Source: Eledone cirrhosa
Taxonomy: Eukaryota
Assembly: GCA_964016885.1 (NCBI GenBank)
Contig: CAXHJY010001685.1
Coordinates: 17,799-81,798 of the forward strand
Reading direction: 5' to 3'
Length of the DNA: 64,000 nucleotides
Under the pieces are notes generated by a model, which saw only the letters and a list, made by a program, of their open reading frames with translations, was not told where the DNA came from and did not search any database. Shown here piece after piece: positions 15,201-33,400 of this stretch; within the stretch, counting starts at the first letter, position 1, and the number at the start of each line of letters is the position of its first letter. A program made the translations under genes and the position numbers.

Positions 15201-17815
15201 TCTATATGTTGAGAAAAGTACAATAATAATCTATATGTTGAGAACACTACAATACTAATCTATATGTTGAGGACACTACAATATTAATCTCCATGTTGAG
15301 AACACTACAATACTAATCTATATGTTGAGAACACTACAGTACTAATGTATATGTTGCGAACACTACAATACTAATCTATATGTTGAGAACACTACAATAC
15401 TAATCGATATGTTGAGAACACTAAAGTACTAATCTATATGTTGAGAACACTACAATACTAATCTAAATGTTGAGAACACTACAGTACTAATCTCTATGTC
15501 GAGAACACTACAATACTAAGCTATATGTTGAGAACTCTACAGTACTAATCTATATGTTGAGAACACTACAGTACTAATCTATATGTTGAGAACACTACAA
15601 TACTAATCTATATGTTGAGAACACTTCAATACTAATCTATATGTTGAGAACACTACAATACTAATATATATGTTGAGAACACTACAATACTAATCTATAT
15701 GTTGACAACACTACAATACTAACCTATATGTTGAGAACACTACAATACTAATCTATATGTTGAGAACACTACAATACTAATCTATATGTTGAGAACACTA
15801 CAATACTAATCTATATGTTGAGAACACTACAATACTAATCTATATGTTGAGAACACTACAATACTAATCTATATGTTGAGAACACTACAATACTAATCTA
15901 TATGTTGAGAAAACTACAATACTAATCTATATGTTGAGAACACTACAATACTAATCTATATGTTGAGAACACTACAATACTAATCTATTGTTGAGAACAC
16001 TACAATACTAATCTATATGTTGAGAACACTACAATACTAATCTATATGTTGAGAAAACTACAATACTAATCTATATGTTGAGAACACTACAATACTAATC
16101 TATATGTTGAGAACACTACAATACTAATCTATATGTTGAGAACACTACAATACTAATCTATATGTTGAGAACACTACAATACTAATCTATATGTTGAGAA
16201 CACTACAATACTAATCTATATGTTGAGAACACTACAATACTAATCTATATGTTGAGAACACTACAATACTAATCTATATGTTGAGAACACTACAATACTA
16301 ATCTATATGTTGAGAACACTACAGTACTAATCTATATGTTGAGAACACTACAATACTAATCTATATGTTGACAACACTAAAGTACTAATCTATATGTTGA
16401 GAACACTACTATACTAATCTATATGTTGAGAACACTACAATACTAATCTATATGTTGAGAACACTACCATATTAATCTATATGTTGAGAACACTACAATA
16501 CTAATCTATATGTTGACAACACTAAAGTACTAATCTATATGTTGAGAACACTACAATACTAATCTATATATTGAGAACACTACAGTACTAATCTATATGT
16601 TGAGAACACTACAGTAATAATCTATAGGTTGAGAACACTACAATACTAATCTATATGTTGAGAATACTACAATACTAATCTATATCTTGAGAACACTACA
16701 ATACTAATCTATATGTTGAGAACACTACAATACTAATCTATATGTTGAGAACACTACAATACTAATCTATATGTTGAGAACACTACAATACTAATCTATA
16801 TCTTGAGAACACTACAATACTAATCTATATGTTGAGAACACTACAATACTAATCTATATCTTGAGAACACTACAATACTAATCTATATGTTGAGAACACT
16901 ACAATACTAATCTATATCTTGAGAACACTACAATACTAATCTATATCTTGAGAACACTACAATACTAATCTATATGTTCAGAATACTACAATACTAATCT
17001 ATATCTTGAGAACACTACAATACTAATCTATATGTTGAGAACACTACAATACTAATCTATATCTTGAGAACACTACAATACTAATCTATATGTTGAGAAC
17101 ACTACAATACTAATCTATATGTTGAGAACACTACAATACTAATCTATATCTTGAGAACACTACAATACTAATCTATATGTTGAGAACACTACAATACTAA
17201 TCAATATCTTGAGAACACTACAATACTAATCTATATGTTGAGAACACTACAATACTAATCTATATGTTGAGAACACTACACAACTAATCTATATGTTGAG
17301 AACACTACAATATTAATCACTATGTTGAGAACACTACAATACTAATCTAAATGTCGAGAACACTACAATACTAATCTATATGTTGAGAACACTACAATAC
17401 TAATCTATATGTTGAGAACACTACAATACTAATCTATATGTTGAGAACACAACAATACTAATCTATATGTTGAGAACTCTACAATACTAATCTATATGTT
17501 GAGAACACTACAATACTAATCTATATGTTGAGAACAATACAATACTACTCTATATGTTGAGAACACTACAATACTAATATATATGTTGAGAACACTACAG
17601 TACTAATCTATATGTTGAGAACACAACAATACTAATCTATATGTTGAGAACACTACAATACTAATCTATATGTTGAGAACACTACAATACTAATCTATAT
17701 GTTGAGAACACTACAATACTAATCTATATGTTGAGGACACTACAATATTAATCTATATGTTGAGAACACTACAATACTAATCGATATGTTGAGAACACTA
17801 AAGTACTAATCTATA
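12251..17815. repeat. Tandem duplication of a 2,812-bp (97-monomer) block
   Basis: GAAAAGTACAATAAT lies at 12401 and 15213, and the 28-bp unit ATCTATTGTT at 13171 and 15983, both offset 2812. The offset falls to 2754 after a two-monomer loss near 17590 (GGACAC at 14981 and 17735). Confidence 0.9.
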
Positions 17816-20800
17816 TGTTAAGAACACTACAATACTAATCTATATGTTGAGGACACTACAATATTAATCTCCATGTTGAGAACACTACAATACTAATCTA
17901 TATGTTGAGAACACTACAATACTAATCTATATGTTGAGAACACTACAATACTAATCGATATGTTGAGAACACTAAAGTACTAATCTATATGTTAAGAACA
18001 CTACAATACTAATCTAAATGTTGAGAACACTACAGTACTAATCTCTATGTCGAGAACACTACAATACTAAGCTATATGTTGAGAACTCTACAGTACTAAT
18101 CTATATGTTGAGAACACTACAGTACTAATCTCTATGTCGAGAACACTACAATACTAATCTATATGTTGAGAACACTACAATACTAATCTATATGTTGAGA
18201 ACACTACAATAATAATCTATATGTTGAGAACACTACAATACTAATCTATATCTTGAGAACACTACAATACTAATCTATATGTTGAGAACACTACAATACT
18301 AATCTATATGTTGAGAACACTACAAAACTAATCTATATGTTGAGAACACTACAATATTAATCACTATGTTGAGAACACTACAATACTAATCTAAATGTCG
18401 AGAACACTACAATACTAATCTATATGTTGAGAACACTACAATACTAATCTATATGTTGAGAACACTACAATACTAATCTATATGTTGAGAACACTACAAA
18501 ACTAATCTATATGTTGAGAACACTACAATATTAATCACTATGTTGAGAACACTACAATACTAATCTAAATGTCGAGAACACTACAATACTAATCTATATG
18601 TTGAGAACACTACAATACTAATCTATATGTTGAGAACACTACAATACTAATCTATATGTTGAGAACACTACAATACTAATCTATATGTTGAGAACACTAC
18701 AATATTAATCTATATGTTGAGAACACTACACTACTAATCTATATGTTGAGAACACTACAATAGTAATCTCTATGTTGAGAACACTACAATACTAATCTAT
18801 ATGTTGAGAACACTACAATATTAATCTCTATGTTGAGAACACTACAATTCTAATCTATATGTTGAGAACACTACACTACTAATCTATATGTTGAGAACAC
18901 TACAATATTAATCTCTATGTTGAGAACACTACAATACTAATCTATATGTTGAGAACACTACAATATTAATCTCTATGTTGAGAACACTACAATACTAATC
19001 TATATGTTGAGAACACTACAATACTAATCGATATGTTGAGAACACTAAAGTACTAATCTATATGTTAAGAACACTACAATACTAATCTAAATGTTGAGAA
19101 CACTACAGTACTAATCTCTATGTCGAGAACACTACAATACTAAGCTATATGTTGAGAACTCTACAGTACTAATCTATATGTTGAGAACACTACAGTACTA
19201 ATCTCTATGTCGAGAACACTACAATACTAATCTATATGTTGAGAACACTACAGTATTAATCTCCATGTTGAGAATACTACAATACTAATCTATATGTTGA
19301 GAACACTACAATATTAATCTCTATGTTGAGAATACTACAATACTAATCTATATGTTGAGAACACTACAGTATTAATCTCCATGTTGAGAATACTACAATA
19401 CTAATCTATATGTTGAGAACACTACAATATTAATCTCTATGTCGAGAACACTACAATACTAATCTATATGTTGAGAACACTACAGTATTAATCTCCATGT
19501 TGAGAATACTACAATACTAATCTATATGTTGAGAACACTACAATATTAATCTCTATGTTGAGAATACTACAATACTAATCTATATGTCGTGAAAACTACA
19601 GTACTAATCTATATGTTGAGAACACTACAATACTAATCTATATGTTGAGAACACTACAATACTAATCTATATGTTGAGAACACTACAATACTAATGTATA
19701 TCTTGTGAAAACTACAGTACTAATCTATATGTTGAGAACACTACAATACTAATCTATATGTTGAGAACACTACAATACGAATTTATATGTTGAGAACACT
19801 ACAATACTAATCTATATGTTGAGAACACTACAATACTAATCTATATGTTGAGAACACTACAATACTAATATATATGTTGAGAACACTACAATACTAATCT
19901 ATATGTTAAGAACACTACAATACTAATCCCTATGTTAAGAACACTACAATACTAATCTATATGTTGAGAACACTACAATACTAATCTATATGTTGAGAAC
20001 ACTACAATACTAATCTATATGTTGAGAACACTACAAAACTAATCTATATGTTGAGAACACTACAATATTAATCACTATGTTGAGAACACTACAATACTAA
20101 TCTAAATGTCGAGAACACTACAATACTAATCTATATGTTGAGAACACTACAATACTAATCTATATGTTGAGAACACTACAATACTAATCTATATGTTGAG
20201 AACACTACAATACTAATCTATATGTTGAGAACACTACAATATTAATCTATATGTTGAGAACACTACACTACTAATCTATATGTTGAGAACACTACAATAT
20301 TAATCTCTATGTTGAGAACACTACAATACTAATCTATATGTTGAGAACACTACAATATTAATCTCTATGTTGAGAACACTACAATTCTAATCTATATGTT
20401 GAGAACACTACACTACTAATCTATATGTTGAGAACACTACAATATTAATCTCTATGTTGAGAACACTACAATACTAATCTATATGTTGAGAACACTACAA
20501 TATTAATCTCTATGTTGAGAACACTACAATACTAATCGATATGTTGAGAACACTAAAGTACTAATCTATATGTTAAGAACACTACAATACTAATCTAAAT
20601 GTTGAGAACACTACAGTACTAATCTCTATGTCGAGAACACTACAATACTAAGCTATATGTTGAGAACTCTACAGTACTAATCTATATGTTGAGAACACTA
20701 CAGTACTAATCTCTATGTCGAGAACACTACAATACTAATCTATATGTTGAGAACACTACAGTATTAATCTCCATGTTGAGAATACTACAATACTAATCTA

Positions 20801-21499
20801 TATGTTGAGAACACTACAATATTAATCTCTATGTTGAGAATACTACAATACTAATCTATATGTTGAGAACACTACAGTATTAATCTCCATGTTGAGAATA
20901 CTACAATACTAATCTATATGTTGAGAACACTACAATATTAATCTCTATGTCGAGAACACTACAATACTAATCTATATGTTGAGAACACTACAGTATTAAT
21001 CTCCATGTTGAGAATACTACAATACTAATCTATATGTTGAGAACACTACAATATTAATCTCTATGTTGAGAATACTACAATACTAATCTATATGTCGTGA
21101 AAACTACAGTACTAATCTATATGTTGAGAACACTACAATACTAATCTATATGTTGAGAACACTACAATACTAATCTATATGTTGAGAACACTACAATACT
21201 AATCTATATGTTGAGAACACTACAATACTAATGTATATCTTGTGAAAACTACAGTACTAATCTATATGTTGAGAACACTACAATACTAATCTATATGTTG
21301 AGAACACTACAATACGAATTTATATGTTGAGAACACTACAATACTAATCTATATGTTGAGAACACTACAATACTAATCTATATGTTGAGAACACTACAAT
21401 ACTAATATATATGTTGAGAACACTACAATACTAATCTATATGTTAAGAACACTACAATACTAATCCCTATGTTAAGAACACTACAATACTAATCTATAT

Positions 21500-24400
21500 G
21501 TTGAGAACACTACAATACTAATCTATATGTTAAGAACACTACAATACTAATCTATATGTTGAGAACACTACAATACTAATCTATATGTTGAGAACACTTC
21601 AATACTAATCTATATGTTGAGAACACTACAATACTAATCTATATGTTGAGAACACTACAATACTAATCTATATGTTAAGAACACTACAATACTAATCTAT
21701 ATGTTGAGAACACTACAATACTAATCTATATGTTGACAACACTACAATACTAACCTATATGTTGAGAAAACTACAATACTAATCTATATAATGAGAACAC
21801 TACAATACTAATCTATATGTTGAGAAGACTACGATATTAATCTATATGTTGAGAACACTACACTACTAATCTAAATGTTGAGAACACTACAATACTAATC
21901 TATATGTTGAGAACACTACAATACTAATCTATATGTTGAGAACACTACAATACTAATCTATATGTTGAGAACACTACAATATTAAGCTATATGTTGAGAA
22001 CACTACAATACTAATCTATATGTTAAGAAAACTACAGTACTAATCTATATGTTGAGAACACTACAATACTAATCTATATGTTGAGAACACTACAATACTA
22101 ATCTATATGTTGAGAACACTACAATACTAATCTATATGTTGAGAACACTACAATACTAATCTATATGTTGAGAACACTACAATATTAATATATATGTTGA
22201 GAACACTACAATATTAATCTATATGTTGAGAACACTACAATACTAATCTATATGTTGAGAACACTACAATACTAATCTATATGTTGAGAACACTACAATA
22301 CTAATCTATATGTTGAGAACACTACAATACTAATCTATATGTTGAGAACACTACAATACTAATCTATATGTTGAGAACACTACAATACTAATCTATATGT
22401 TGAGAACACTACAATACTAATCTATATGTTGAGAACACTACAATACTAATCTATATGTTGAGAACACTACAATACTAATCTATATCTTGAGAACACTACA
22501 ATACTAATCTATATGTTGAGAACACTACAATACTAATCTATATGTTGAGAACACTACAGTACTAATCTATATGTTGAGAACACTACAATACTAATCTATA
22601 TATTGACAACACTAAAGTACTAATCTATATGTTGAGAACACTACAATACTAATCTATATGTTGAGAACACTACAATACTAATCTATATGTTGAGAACACT
22701 ACCATATTAATCTATATGTTGAGAACACTACAATACTAATCTATATGTTGACAACACTAAAGTACTAATCTATATGTTGAGAACACTACAATACTAATCT
22801 ATATATTGAGAACACTACAGTACTAATCTATATGTTGAGAACACTACAGTACTAATCTATAAGTTGAGAACACTACAATACTAATCTATATGTTGAGAAT
22901 ACTACAATACTAATCTATATCTTGAGAACACTACAATACTAATCTATATGTTGAGAACACTACAATACTAATCTATATCTTGAGAACACTACAATACTAA
23001 TCTATATGTTGAGAACACTACAATACTAATCAATATCTTGAGAACACTACAATACTAATCTATATGTTGAGAACACTACAATACTAATCTATATGTTGAG
23101 AACACTACAAAACTAATCTATATGTTGAGAACACTACAATATTAATCACTATGTCGAGAACACTACAATATTAATCTATATGTTGAGAACACTACAAAAC
23201 TAATCTATATGTTGAGAACACTACAATATTAATCACTATGTTGAGAACACTACAATACTAATCTAAATGTCGAGAACACTACAATACTAATCTATATGTT
23301 GAGAAAACTACAATACTAATCTATATGTTGAGAAAACTACAATACTAATCTATATGTTGAGAACACTACAATACTAATCTATATCTTGAGAACAATACAA
23401 TACTAATCTATATGTTGAGAACACTACAATACTAATCTATATCTTGAGAACACTACAATACTAATCTATATCTTGAGAACACTACAATACTAATCTATAT
23501 GTTGAGAACACTACAATACTAATCTATATGTTGAGAACACTACAATACTAATCTATATCTTGAGAACACTACAATACTAATCTATATGTTGAGAACACTA
23601 CAAAACTAATCTATATGTTGAGAACACTACAATACTAATCTCTATGTTGAGAACACTACAATATTAATCACTATGTTGAGAACACTACAATACTAATTTA
23701 AATGTCGAGAACACTACAATACTAATCTATATGTTGAGAACACTACAATACTAATCTATATGTTGAGAACACTACAATACTAATCTATATGTTGAGAACA
23801 CTACAATACTAATCTATATGTTGAGAACACTACAATATTAATCACTATGTTGAGAACACTACAATACTAATCTAAATGTCGAGAACACTACAATACTAAT
23901 CTATATGTTGAGAACACTACAATACTAATCTATATGTTGAGAACACTACAATACTAATCTATATGTTGAGAACAATACAAAACTAATCTATATGTTGAGA
24001 ATACTACAATATTAATCACTATGTTGAGAACACTACAATACTAATCTAAATGTCGAGAACACTACAATACTAGTCTATATGTTGAGAACACTACAATACT
24101 AATCTATATGTTGAGAACACTACAAAACTAATCTATATGTTGAGAACACTACAATATTAATCACTATGTTGAGAACACTACAATACTAAACTAAATGTCG
24201 AGAACACTACAATACTAATCTATATGTTGAGAACACTACAATACTAATCTATATGTTGAGAACACTACAATACTAATCTATATGTTGAGAACACTACAAT
24301 ACTAATCTATATGTTGAGAACACTACAATACTAATCTATATGTTGAGAACACTACAATACTAATCTATATGTTGAGAACACTACAAAACTAATCTATATG

Positions 24401-27400
24401 TTGAGAACACTACAATATTAATCACTATGTTGAGAACACTACAATACTAATCTAAATGTCGAGAACACTACAATACTAATCTATATGTTGAGAACACTAC
24501 AATACTAATCTATATGTTGAGAACACTACAATACTAATCTATATGTTGAGAACACTACAAAACTAATCTATATGTTGAGAACACTACAATATTAATCACT
24601 ATGTTGAGAACACTACAATACTAATCTATATGTTGAGAACACTACAATACTAATCTATATGTTGAGAACACTACAATACTAATCTATATGTTGAGAAAAA
24701 CTACAATATTAATCTATATGTTGAGAACACTACACTACTAATCTATATGTTGAGAACACTACAATATTAATCTCTATGTTGAGAACACTACAATACTAAT
24801 CTATATGTTGAGAACACTACAATATTAATCTCTATGTTGAGAACACTACAATACTAATCTATATGTTGAGAACACTACACTACTAATCTATATGTTGAGA
24901 ACACTACAATATTAATCTCTATGTTGAGAACACTACAATACTAATCTATATGTTGAGAACACTACAATATTAATCTCTATGTTGAGAACACTACAATACT
25001 AATCTATATGTTGAGAACACTACAATACTAATCTATATATTTAGAACACTACAGTACTAATCTATATGTTGAGAAAACTACACTACTAATCTATATGATG
25101 AGAACACTACAATACTAATCTATATCTTGAGAACACTACAATACTACTCTATATGGTGAGAACACTACAATACTAATCTATATGTTGAGAACACTACAGT
25201 ACTAATCTCCATGTTGAGAACACTACAATACTAATCTATATGTTGAGAACACTACAATATTAATCTCTATGTTGAGAACACTACAGTACTAATCTCCATG
25301 TTGAGAACACTACAGTATTAATCTCCATGTTGAGAATACTACAATACTAATCTATATGTTGAGAACACTACAGTATTAATCTCCATGTTGAGAATACTAC
25401 AATACTAATCTATATGTTGAGAACACTACAATATTAATCTCTATGTCGAGAACACTACACATACTAATCTATATGTTGAGAACACTAGAGTATTAATCTC
25501 CATGTTGAGAATACTACAATACTAATCTATATGTTGAGAACACTACAATATTAATCTCTATGTTGAGAATACTACAATACTAATCTATATGTCGTGAAAA
25601 CTACAGTACTAATCTATATGTTGAGAACACTACAATACTAATCTATATGTTGAGAACACTACAATACTAATCTATATGTTGAGAACACTACAATACTAAT
25701 CTATATGTTGAGAACACTACAATACTAATGTATATCTTGTGAAAACTACAGTACTAATCTATATGTTGAGAACACTACAATACTAATCTATATGTTGAGA
25801 ACACTACAATACTAATTTATATGTTGAGAACACTACAATACTAATCTATATGTTGAGAACACTACAATACTAATCTATATGTTGAGAACACTACAATACT
25901 AATATATATGTTGAGAACACTACAATACTAATCTATATGTTAAGAACACTACAATACTAATCCCTATGTTAAGAACACTACAATACTAATCTATATGTTG
26001 AGAACACTACAATACTAATCTATATGTTAAGAACACTACAATACTAATCTATATGTTGAGAACACTACAATACTAATCTATATGTTGAGAACACTTCAAT
26101 ACTAATCTATATGTTGAGAACACTACAATACTAATCTATATGTTGAGAACACTACAATACTAATCTATATGTTAAGAACACTACAATACTAATCTATATG
26201 TTGAGAACACTACAATACTAATCTATATGTTGACAACACTACAATACTAACCTATATGTTGAGAAAACTACAATACTAATCTATATAATGAGAACACTAC
26301 AATACTAATCTATATGTTGAGAAGACTACGATATTAATCTATATGTTGAGAACACTACACTACTAATCTAAATGTTGAGAACACTACAATACTAATCTAT
26401 ATGTTGAGAACACTACAATACTAATCTATATGTTGAGAACACTACAATACTAATCTATATGTTGAGAACACTACAATATTAAGCTATATGTTGAGAACAC
26501 TACAATACTAATCTATATGTTAAGAAAACTACAGTACTAATCTATATGTTGAGAACACTACAATACTAATCTATATGTTGAGAACACTACAATACTAATC
26601 TATATGTTGAGAACACTACAATACTAATCTATATGTTGAGAACACTACAATACTAATCTATATGTTGAGAACACTACAATATTAATATATATGTTGAGTA
26701 CACTACAATATTAATCTATATGTTGAGAACACTACAATACTAATCTATATGTTGAGAACACTACAATACTAATCTATATGTTGAGAACACTACAATACTA
26801 ATCTATATGTTGAGAACACTACAATACTAATCTATATGTTGAGAACACTACAATACTAATCTATATGTTGAGAACACTACAATACTAATCTATATGTTGA
26901 GAACACTACAATACTAATCTATATGTTGAGAACACTACAATACTAATCTATATGTTGAGAACACTACAATACTAATCTATATCTTGAGAACACTACAATA
27001 CTAATCTATATGTTGAGAACACTACAATACTAATCTATATGTTGAGAACACTACAGTACTAATCTATATGTTGAGAACACTACAATACTAATCTATATAT
27101 TGACAACACTAAAGTACTAATCTATATGTTGAGAACACTACAATACTAATCTATATGTTGAGAACACTACAATACTAATCTATATGTTGAGAACACTACC
27201 ATATTAATCTATATGTTGAGAACACTACAATACTAATCTATATGTTGACAACACTAAAGTACTAATCTATATGTTGAGAACACTACAATACTAATCTATA
27301 TATTGAGAACACTACAGTACTAATCTATATGTTGAGAACACTACAGTACTAATCTATAAGTTGAGAACACTACAATACTAATCTATATGTTGAGAATACT

Positions 27401-30400
27401 ACAATACTAATCTATATCTTGAGAACACTACAATACTAATCTATATGTTGAGAACACTACAATACTAATCTATATCTTGAGAACACTACAATACTAATCT
27501 ATATGTTGAGAACACTACAATACTAATCAATATCTTGAGAACACTACAATACTAATCTATATGTTGAGAACACTACAATACTAATCTATATGTTGAGAAC
27601 ACTACAAAACTAATCTATATGTTGAGAACACTACAATATTAATCACTATGTCGAGAACACTACAATATTAATCTATATGTTGAGAACACTACAAAACTAA
27701 TCTATATGTTGAGAACACTACAATATTAATCACTATGTTGAGAACACTACAATACTAATCTAAATGTCGAGAACACTACAATACTAATCTATATGTTGAG
27801 AAAACTACAATACTAATCTATATGTTGAGAAAACTACAATACTAATCTATATGTTGAGAACACTACAATACTAATCTATATCTTGAGAACACTACAATAC
27901 TAATCTATATGTTGAGAACACTACAATACTAATCTATATCTTGAGAACACTACAATACTAATCTATATCTTGAGAACACTACAATACTAATCTATATGTT
28001 GAGAACACTACAATACTAATCTATATGTTGAGAACACTACAATACTAATCTATATCTTGAGAACACTACAATACTAATCTATATGTTGAGAACACTACAA
28101 AACTAATCTATATGTTGAGAACACTACAATACTAATCTCTATGTTGAGAACACTACAATATTAATCACTATGTTGAGAACACTACAATACTAATTTAAAT
28201 GTCGAGAACACTACAATACTAATCTATATGTTGAGAACACTACAATACTAATCTATATGTTGAGAACACTACAATACTAATCTATATGTTGAGAACACTA
28301 CAATACTAATCTATATGTTGAGAACACTACAATATTAATCACTATGTTGAGAACACTACAATACTAATCTAAATGTCGAGAACACTACAATACTAATCTA
28401 TATGTTGAGAACACTACAATACTAATCTATATGTTGAGAACACTACAATACTAATCTATATGTTGAGAACAATACAAAACTAATCTATATGTTGAGAATA
28501 CTACAATATTAATCACTATGTTGAGAACACTACAATACTAATCTAAATGTCGAGAACACTACAATACTAATCTATATGTTGAGAACACTACAATACTAAT
28601 CTATATGTTGAGAACACTACAAAACTAATCTATATGTTGAGAACACTACAATATTAATCACTATGTTGAGAACACTACAATACTAAACTAAATGTCGAGA
28701 ACACTACAATACTAATCTATATGTTGAGAACACTACAATACTAATCTATATGTTGAGAACACTACAATACTAATCTATATGTTGAGAACACTACAATACT
28801 AATCTATATCTTGAGAACACTACAATACTAATCTATATGTTGAGAACACTACAATACTAATCTATATGTTGAGAACACTACAAAACTAATCTATATGTTG
28901 AGAACACTACAATATTAATCACTATGTTGAGAACACTACAATACTAATCTAAATGTCGAGAACACTACAATACTAATCTATATGTTGAGAACACTACAAT
29001 ACTAATCTATATGTTGAGAACACTACAATACTAATCTATATGTTGAGAACACTACAAAACTAATCTATATGTTGAGAACACTACAATATTAATCACTATG
29101 TTGAGAACACTACAATACTAATCTATATGTTGAGAACACTACAATACTAATCTATATGTTGAGAACACTACAATACTAATCTATATGTTGAGAAAAACTA
29201 CAATATTAATCTATATGTTGAGAACACTACACTACTAATCTATATGTTGAGAACACTACAATATTAATCTCTATGTTGAGAACACTACAATACTAATCTA
29301 TATGTTGAGAACACTACAATATTAATCTCTATGTTGAGAACACTACAATACTAATCTATATGTTGAGAACACTACACTACTAATCTATATGTTGAGAACA
29401 CTACAATATTAATCTCTATGTTGAGAACACTACAATACTAATCTATATGTTGAGAACACTACAATATTAATCTCTATGTTGAGAACACTACAATACTAAT
29501 CTATATGTTGAGAACACTACAATACTAATCTATATATTTAGAACACTACAGTACTAATCTATATGTTGAGAAAACTACACTACTAATCTATATGATGAGA
29601 ACACTACAATACTAATCTATATCTTGAGAACACTACAATACTACTCTATATGTTGAGAACACTACAATACTAATCTATATGTTGAGAACACTACAGTACT
29701 AATCTCCATGTTGAGAACACTACAATACTAATCTATATGTTGAGAACACTACAATATTAATCTCTATGTTGAGAACACTACAGTACTAATCTCCATGTTG
29801 AGAACACTACAATACTAATCTATATGTTGAGAACACTACAATACTAATCTATATGTTGAGAACACTACAATACTAATCTATATGTTGAGAACACTACAAT
29901 ACTAATCTATATGTTGAGAACACTGCAATACTAATCTATATGTTAAGAACACTTCAATACTAATCTATATGTTGAGAACACTACAATACTAATTATATGT
30001 TGAGAATACTACAATACTAATCTATATGTCGAGAACACTACAATACTAATCTATATGTTGAGAACACTACAATACTAATCTATATGTTAAGAACACTACA
30101 ATACTAACCTATATGTTGAGAACACAACAGTACTAATCTATATGTTGAGAACACTACAATACTAATCTATATGTTGACAACACTACAATGCTAATCTATA
30201 TGTTGAGAAAACTACAATACTAATCTATATCTTGAGAACACTACAATACTAATCTATATGTTGAGAACACTACAATACTAATCTATATCTTGAGAACACT
30301 ACAATACTAATCTAAATGTTGAGAACAATACAAAACTAATCTATATGTTGAGAACACTACAATATTAATCACTATGTTGAGAACACTACAATACTAATCT

Positions 30401-33400
30401 AAATGTCGAGAACACTACAATACTAATCTATATGTTGAGAACACTACAATACTAATCTATATGTTGAGAACACTACAAAACTAATCTATATGTTGAGAAC
30501 ACTACAATATTAATCACTATGTTGAGAACACTACAATACTAAACTAAATGTCGAGAACACTACAATACTAATCTATATGTTGAGAACACTACAATACTAA
30601 TCTATATGTTGAGAACACTACAATACTAATCTATATGTTGAGAACACTACAATACTAATCTATATGTTGAGAACACTACAATACTAATCTATATGTTGAG
30701 AACACTACAATACTAATCTATATGTTGAGAACACTACAAAACTAATCTATATGTTGAGAACACTACAATATTAATCACTATGTTGAGAACACTACAATAC
30801 TAATCTAAATGTCGAGAACACTACAATACTAATCTATATGTTGAGAACACTACAATACTAATCTATATGTTGAGAACACTACAATACTAATCTATATGTT
30901 GAGAACACTACAAAACTAATCTATATGTTGAGAACACTACAATATTAATCACTATGTTGAGAACACTACAATACTAATCTAAATGTCGAGAACACTACAA
31001 TACTAATCTATATGTTGAGAACACTACAATACTAATCTATATGTTGAGAACACTACAATACTAATCTATATGTTGAAAACACTACAAAACTAATCTATAT
31101 GTTGAGAACACTACAATATTAATCACTATGTTGAGAACACTACAATACTAATCTAAATGTCGAGAACACTACAATACTAATCTATATGTTGAGAACACTA
31201 CAATACTAATCTATATGTTGAGAACACTACAATACTAATCTATCTGTTGAGAACACTACAATACTAATCTATATGTTGAGAACACTACAATATTAATCTA
31301 TATGTTGAGAACACTACACTACTAATCTATATGTTGAGAACACTACAATATTAATCTCTATGTTGAGAACACTACAATACTAATCTATATGTTGAGAACA
31401 CTACAATATTAATCTCTATGTTGAGAACACTACAATACTAATCTATATGTTGAGAACACTACACTACTAATCTATATGTTGAGAACACTACAATATTAAT
31501 CTCTATGTTGAGAACACTACAATACTAATCTATATGTTGAGAACACTACAATATTAATCTCTATGTTGAGAACACTACAATACTAATCTATATGTTGAGA
31601 ACACTACAATACTAATCGATATGTTGAGAACACTAAAGTACTAATCTATATGTTAAGAACACTACAATACTAATCTAAATGTTGAGAACACTACAGTACT
31701 AATCTCTATGTCGAGAACACTACAATACTAAGCTATATGTTGAGAACTCTACAGTACTAATCTATATGTTGAGAACACTACAGTACTAATCTCTATGTCG
31801 AGAACACTACAATACTAATCTATATGTTGAGAACACTACAGTATTAATCTCCATGTTGAGAATACTACAATACTAATCTATATGTTGAGAACACTACAAT
31901 ATTAATCTCTATGTTGAGAATACTACAATACTAATCTATATGATGATAACAATACAGTATTAATCTCCATGTTGAGAATACTACAATACTAATCTATATG
32001 TTGAGAACACTACAATATTAATCTCTATGTCGAGAACACTACAATACTAATCTATATGTTGAGAACACTACAGTATTAATCTCCATGTTGAGAATACTAC
32101 AATACTAATCTATATGTTGAGAACACTACAATATTAATCTCTATGTTGAGAATACTACAATACTAATCTATATGTTGTGAAAACTACAGTACTAATCTAT
32201 ATGTTGAGAACACTACAATACTAATCTATATGTTGAGAACACTACAATACTAATCTATATGTTGAGAACACTACAATACTAATCTATATGTTGAGAACAC
32301 TACAATACTAATGTATATGTTGTGAAAACTACAGTACTAATCTATATGTTGAGAACGCTACAATACTAATCTATATGTTGAGAACACTACAATACTAATC
32401 TATATGTTAAGAACACTACAATACTAATCTATATGTTGAGAACACTACAATACTAATCTATATGTTGAGAACACTTCAATACTAATCTATATGTTGAGAA
32501 CACTACAATACTAATCTATATGTTAAGAACACTACAATACTAATCTATATGTTGAGAACACTACAATACTAATCTATATGTTGACAACACTACAATACTA
32601 ACCTATATGTTGAGAAAACTACAATACTAATCTATATAATGAGAACACTACAATACTAATCTATATGTTGAGAAGACTACGATATTAATCTATATGTTGA
32701 GAACACTACACTACTAATCTAAATGTTGAGAACACTACAATACTAATCTATATGTTGAGAACACTACAATACTAATCTATATGTTGAGAACACTACAATA
32801 CTAATCTATATGTTGAGAACACTACAATATTAAGCTATATGTTGAGAACACTACAATACTAATCTATATGTTAAGAAAACTACAGTACTAATCTATATGT
32901 TGAGAACACTACAATACTAATCTATATGTTGAGAACACTACAATACTAATCTATATGTTGAGAACACTACAATACTAATCTATATGTTGAGAACACTACA
33001 ATACTAATCTATATGTTGAGAACACTACAATATTAATATATATGTTGAGTACACTACAATATTAATCTATATGTTGAGAACACTACAATACTAATCTATA
33101 TGTTGAGAACACTACAATACTAATCTATATGTTGAGAACACTACAATACTAATCTATATGTTGAGAACACTACAATACTAATCTATATGTTGAGAACACT
33201 ACAATACTAATCTATATGTTGAGAACACTACAATACTAATCTATATGTTGAGAACACTACAATACTAATCTATATGTTGAGAACACTACAATACTAATCT
33301 ATATGTTGAGAACACTACAATACTAATCTATATCTTGAGAACACTACAATACTAATCTATATGTTGAGAACACTACAATACTAATCTATATGTTGAGAAC

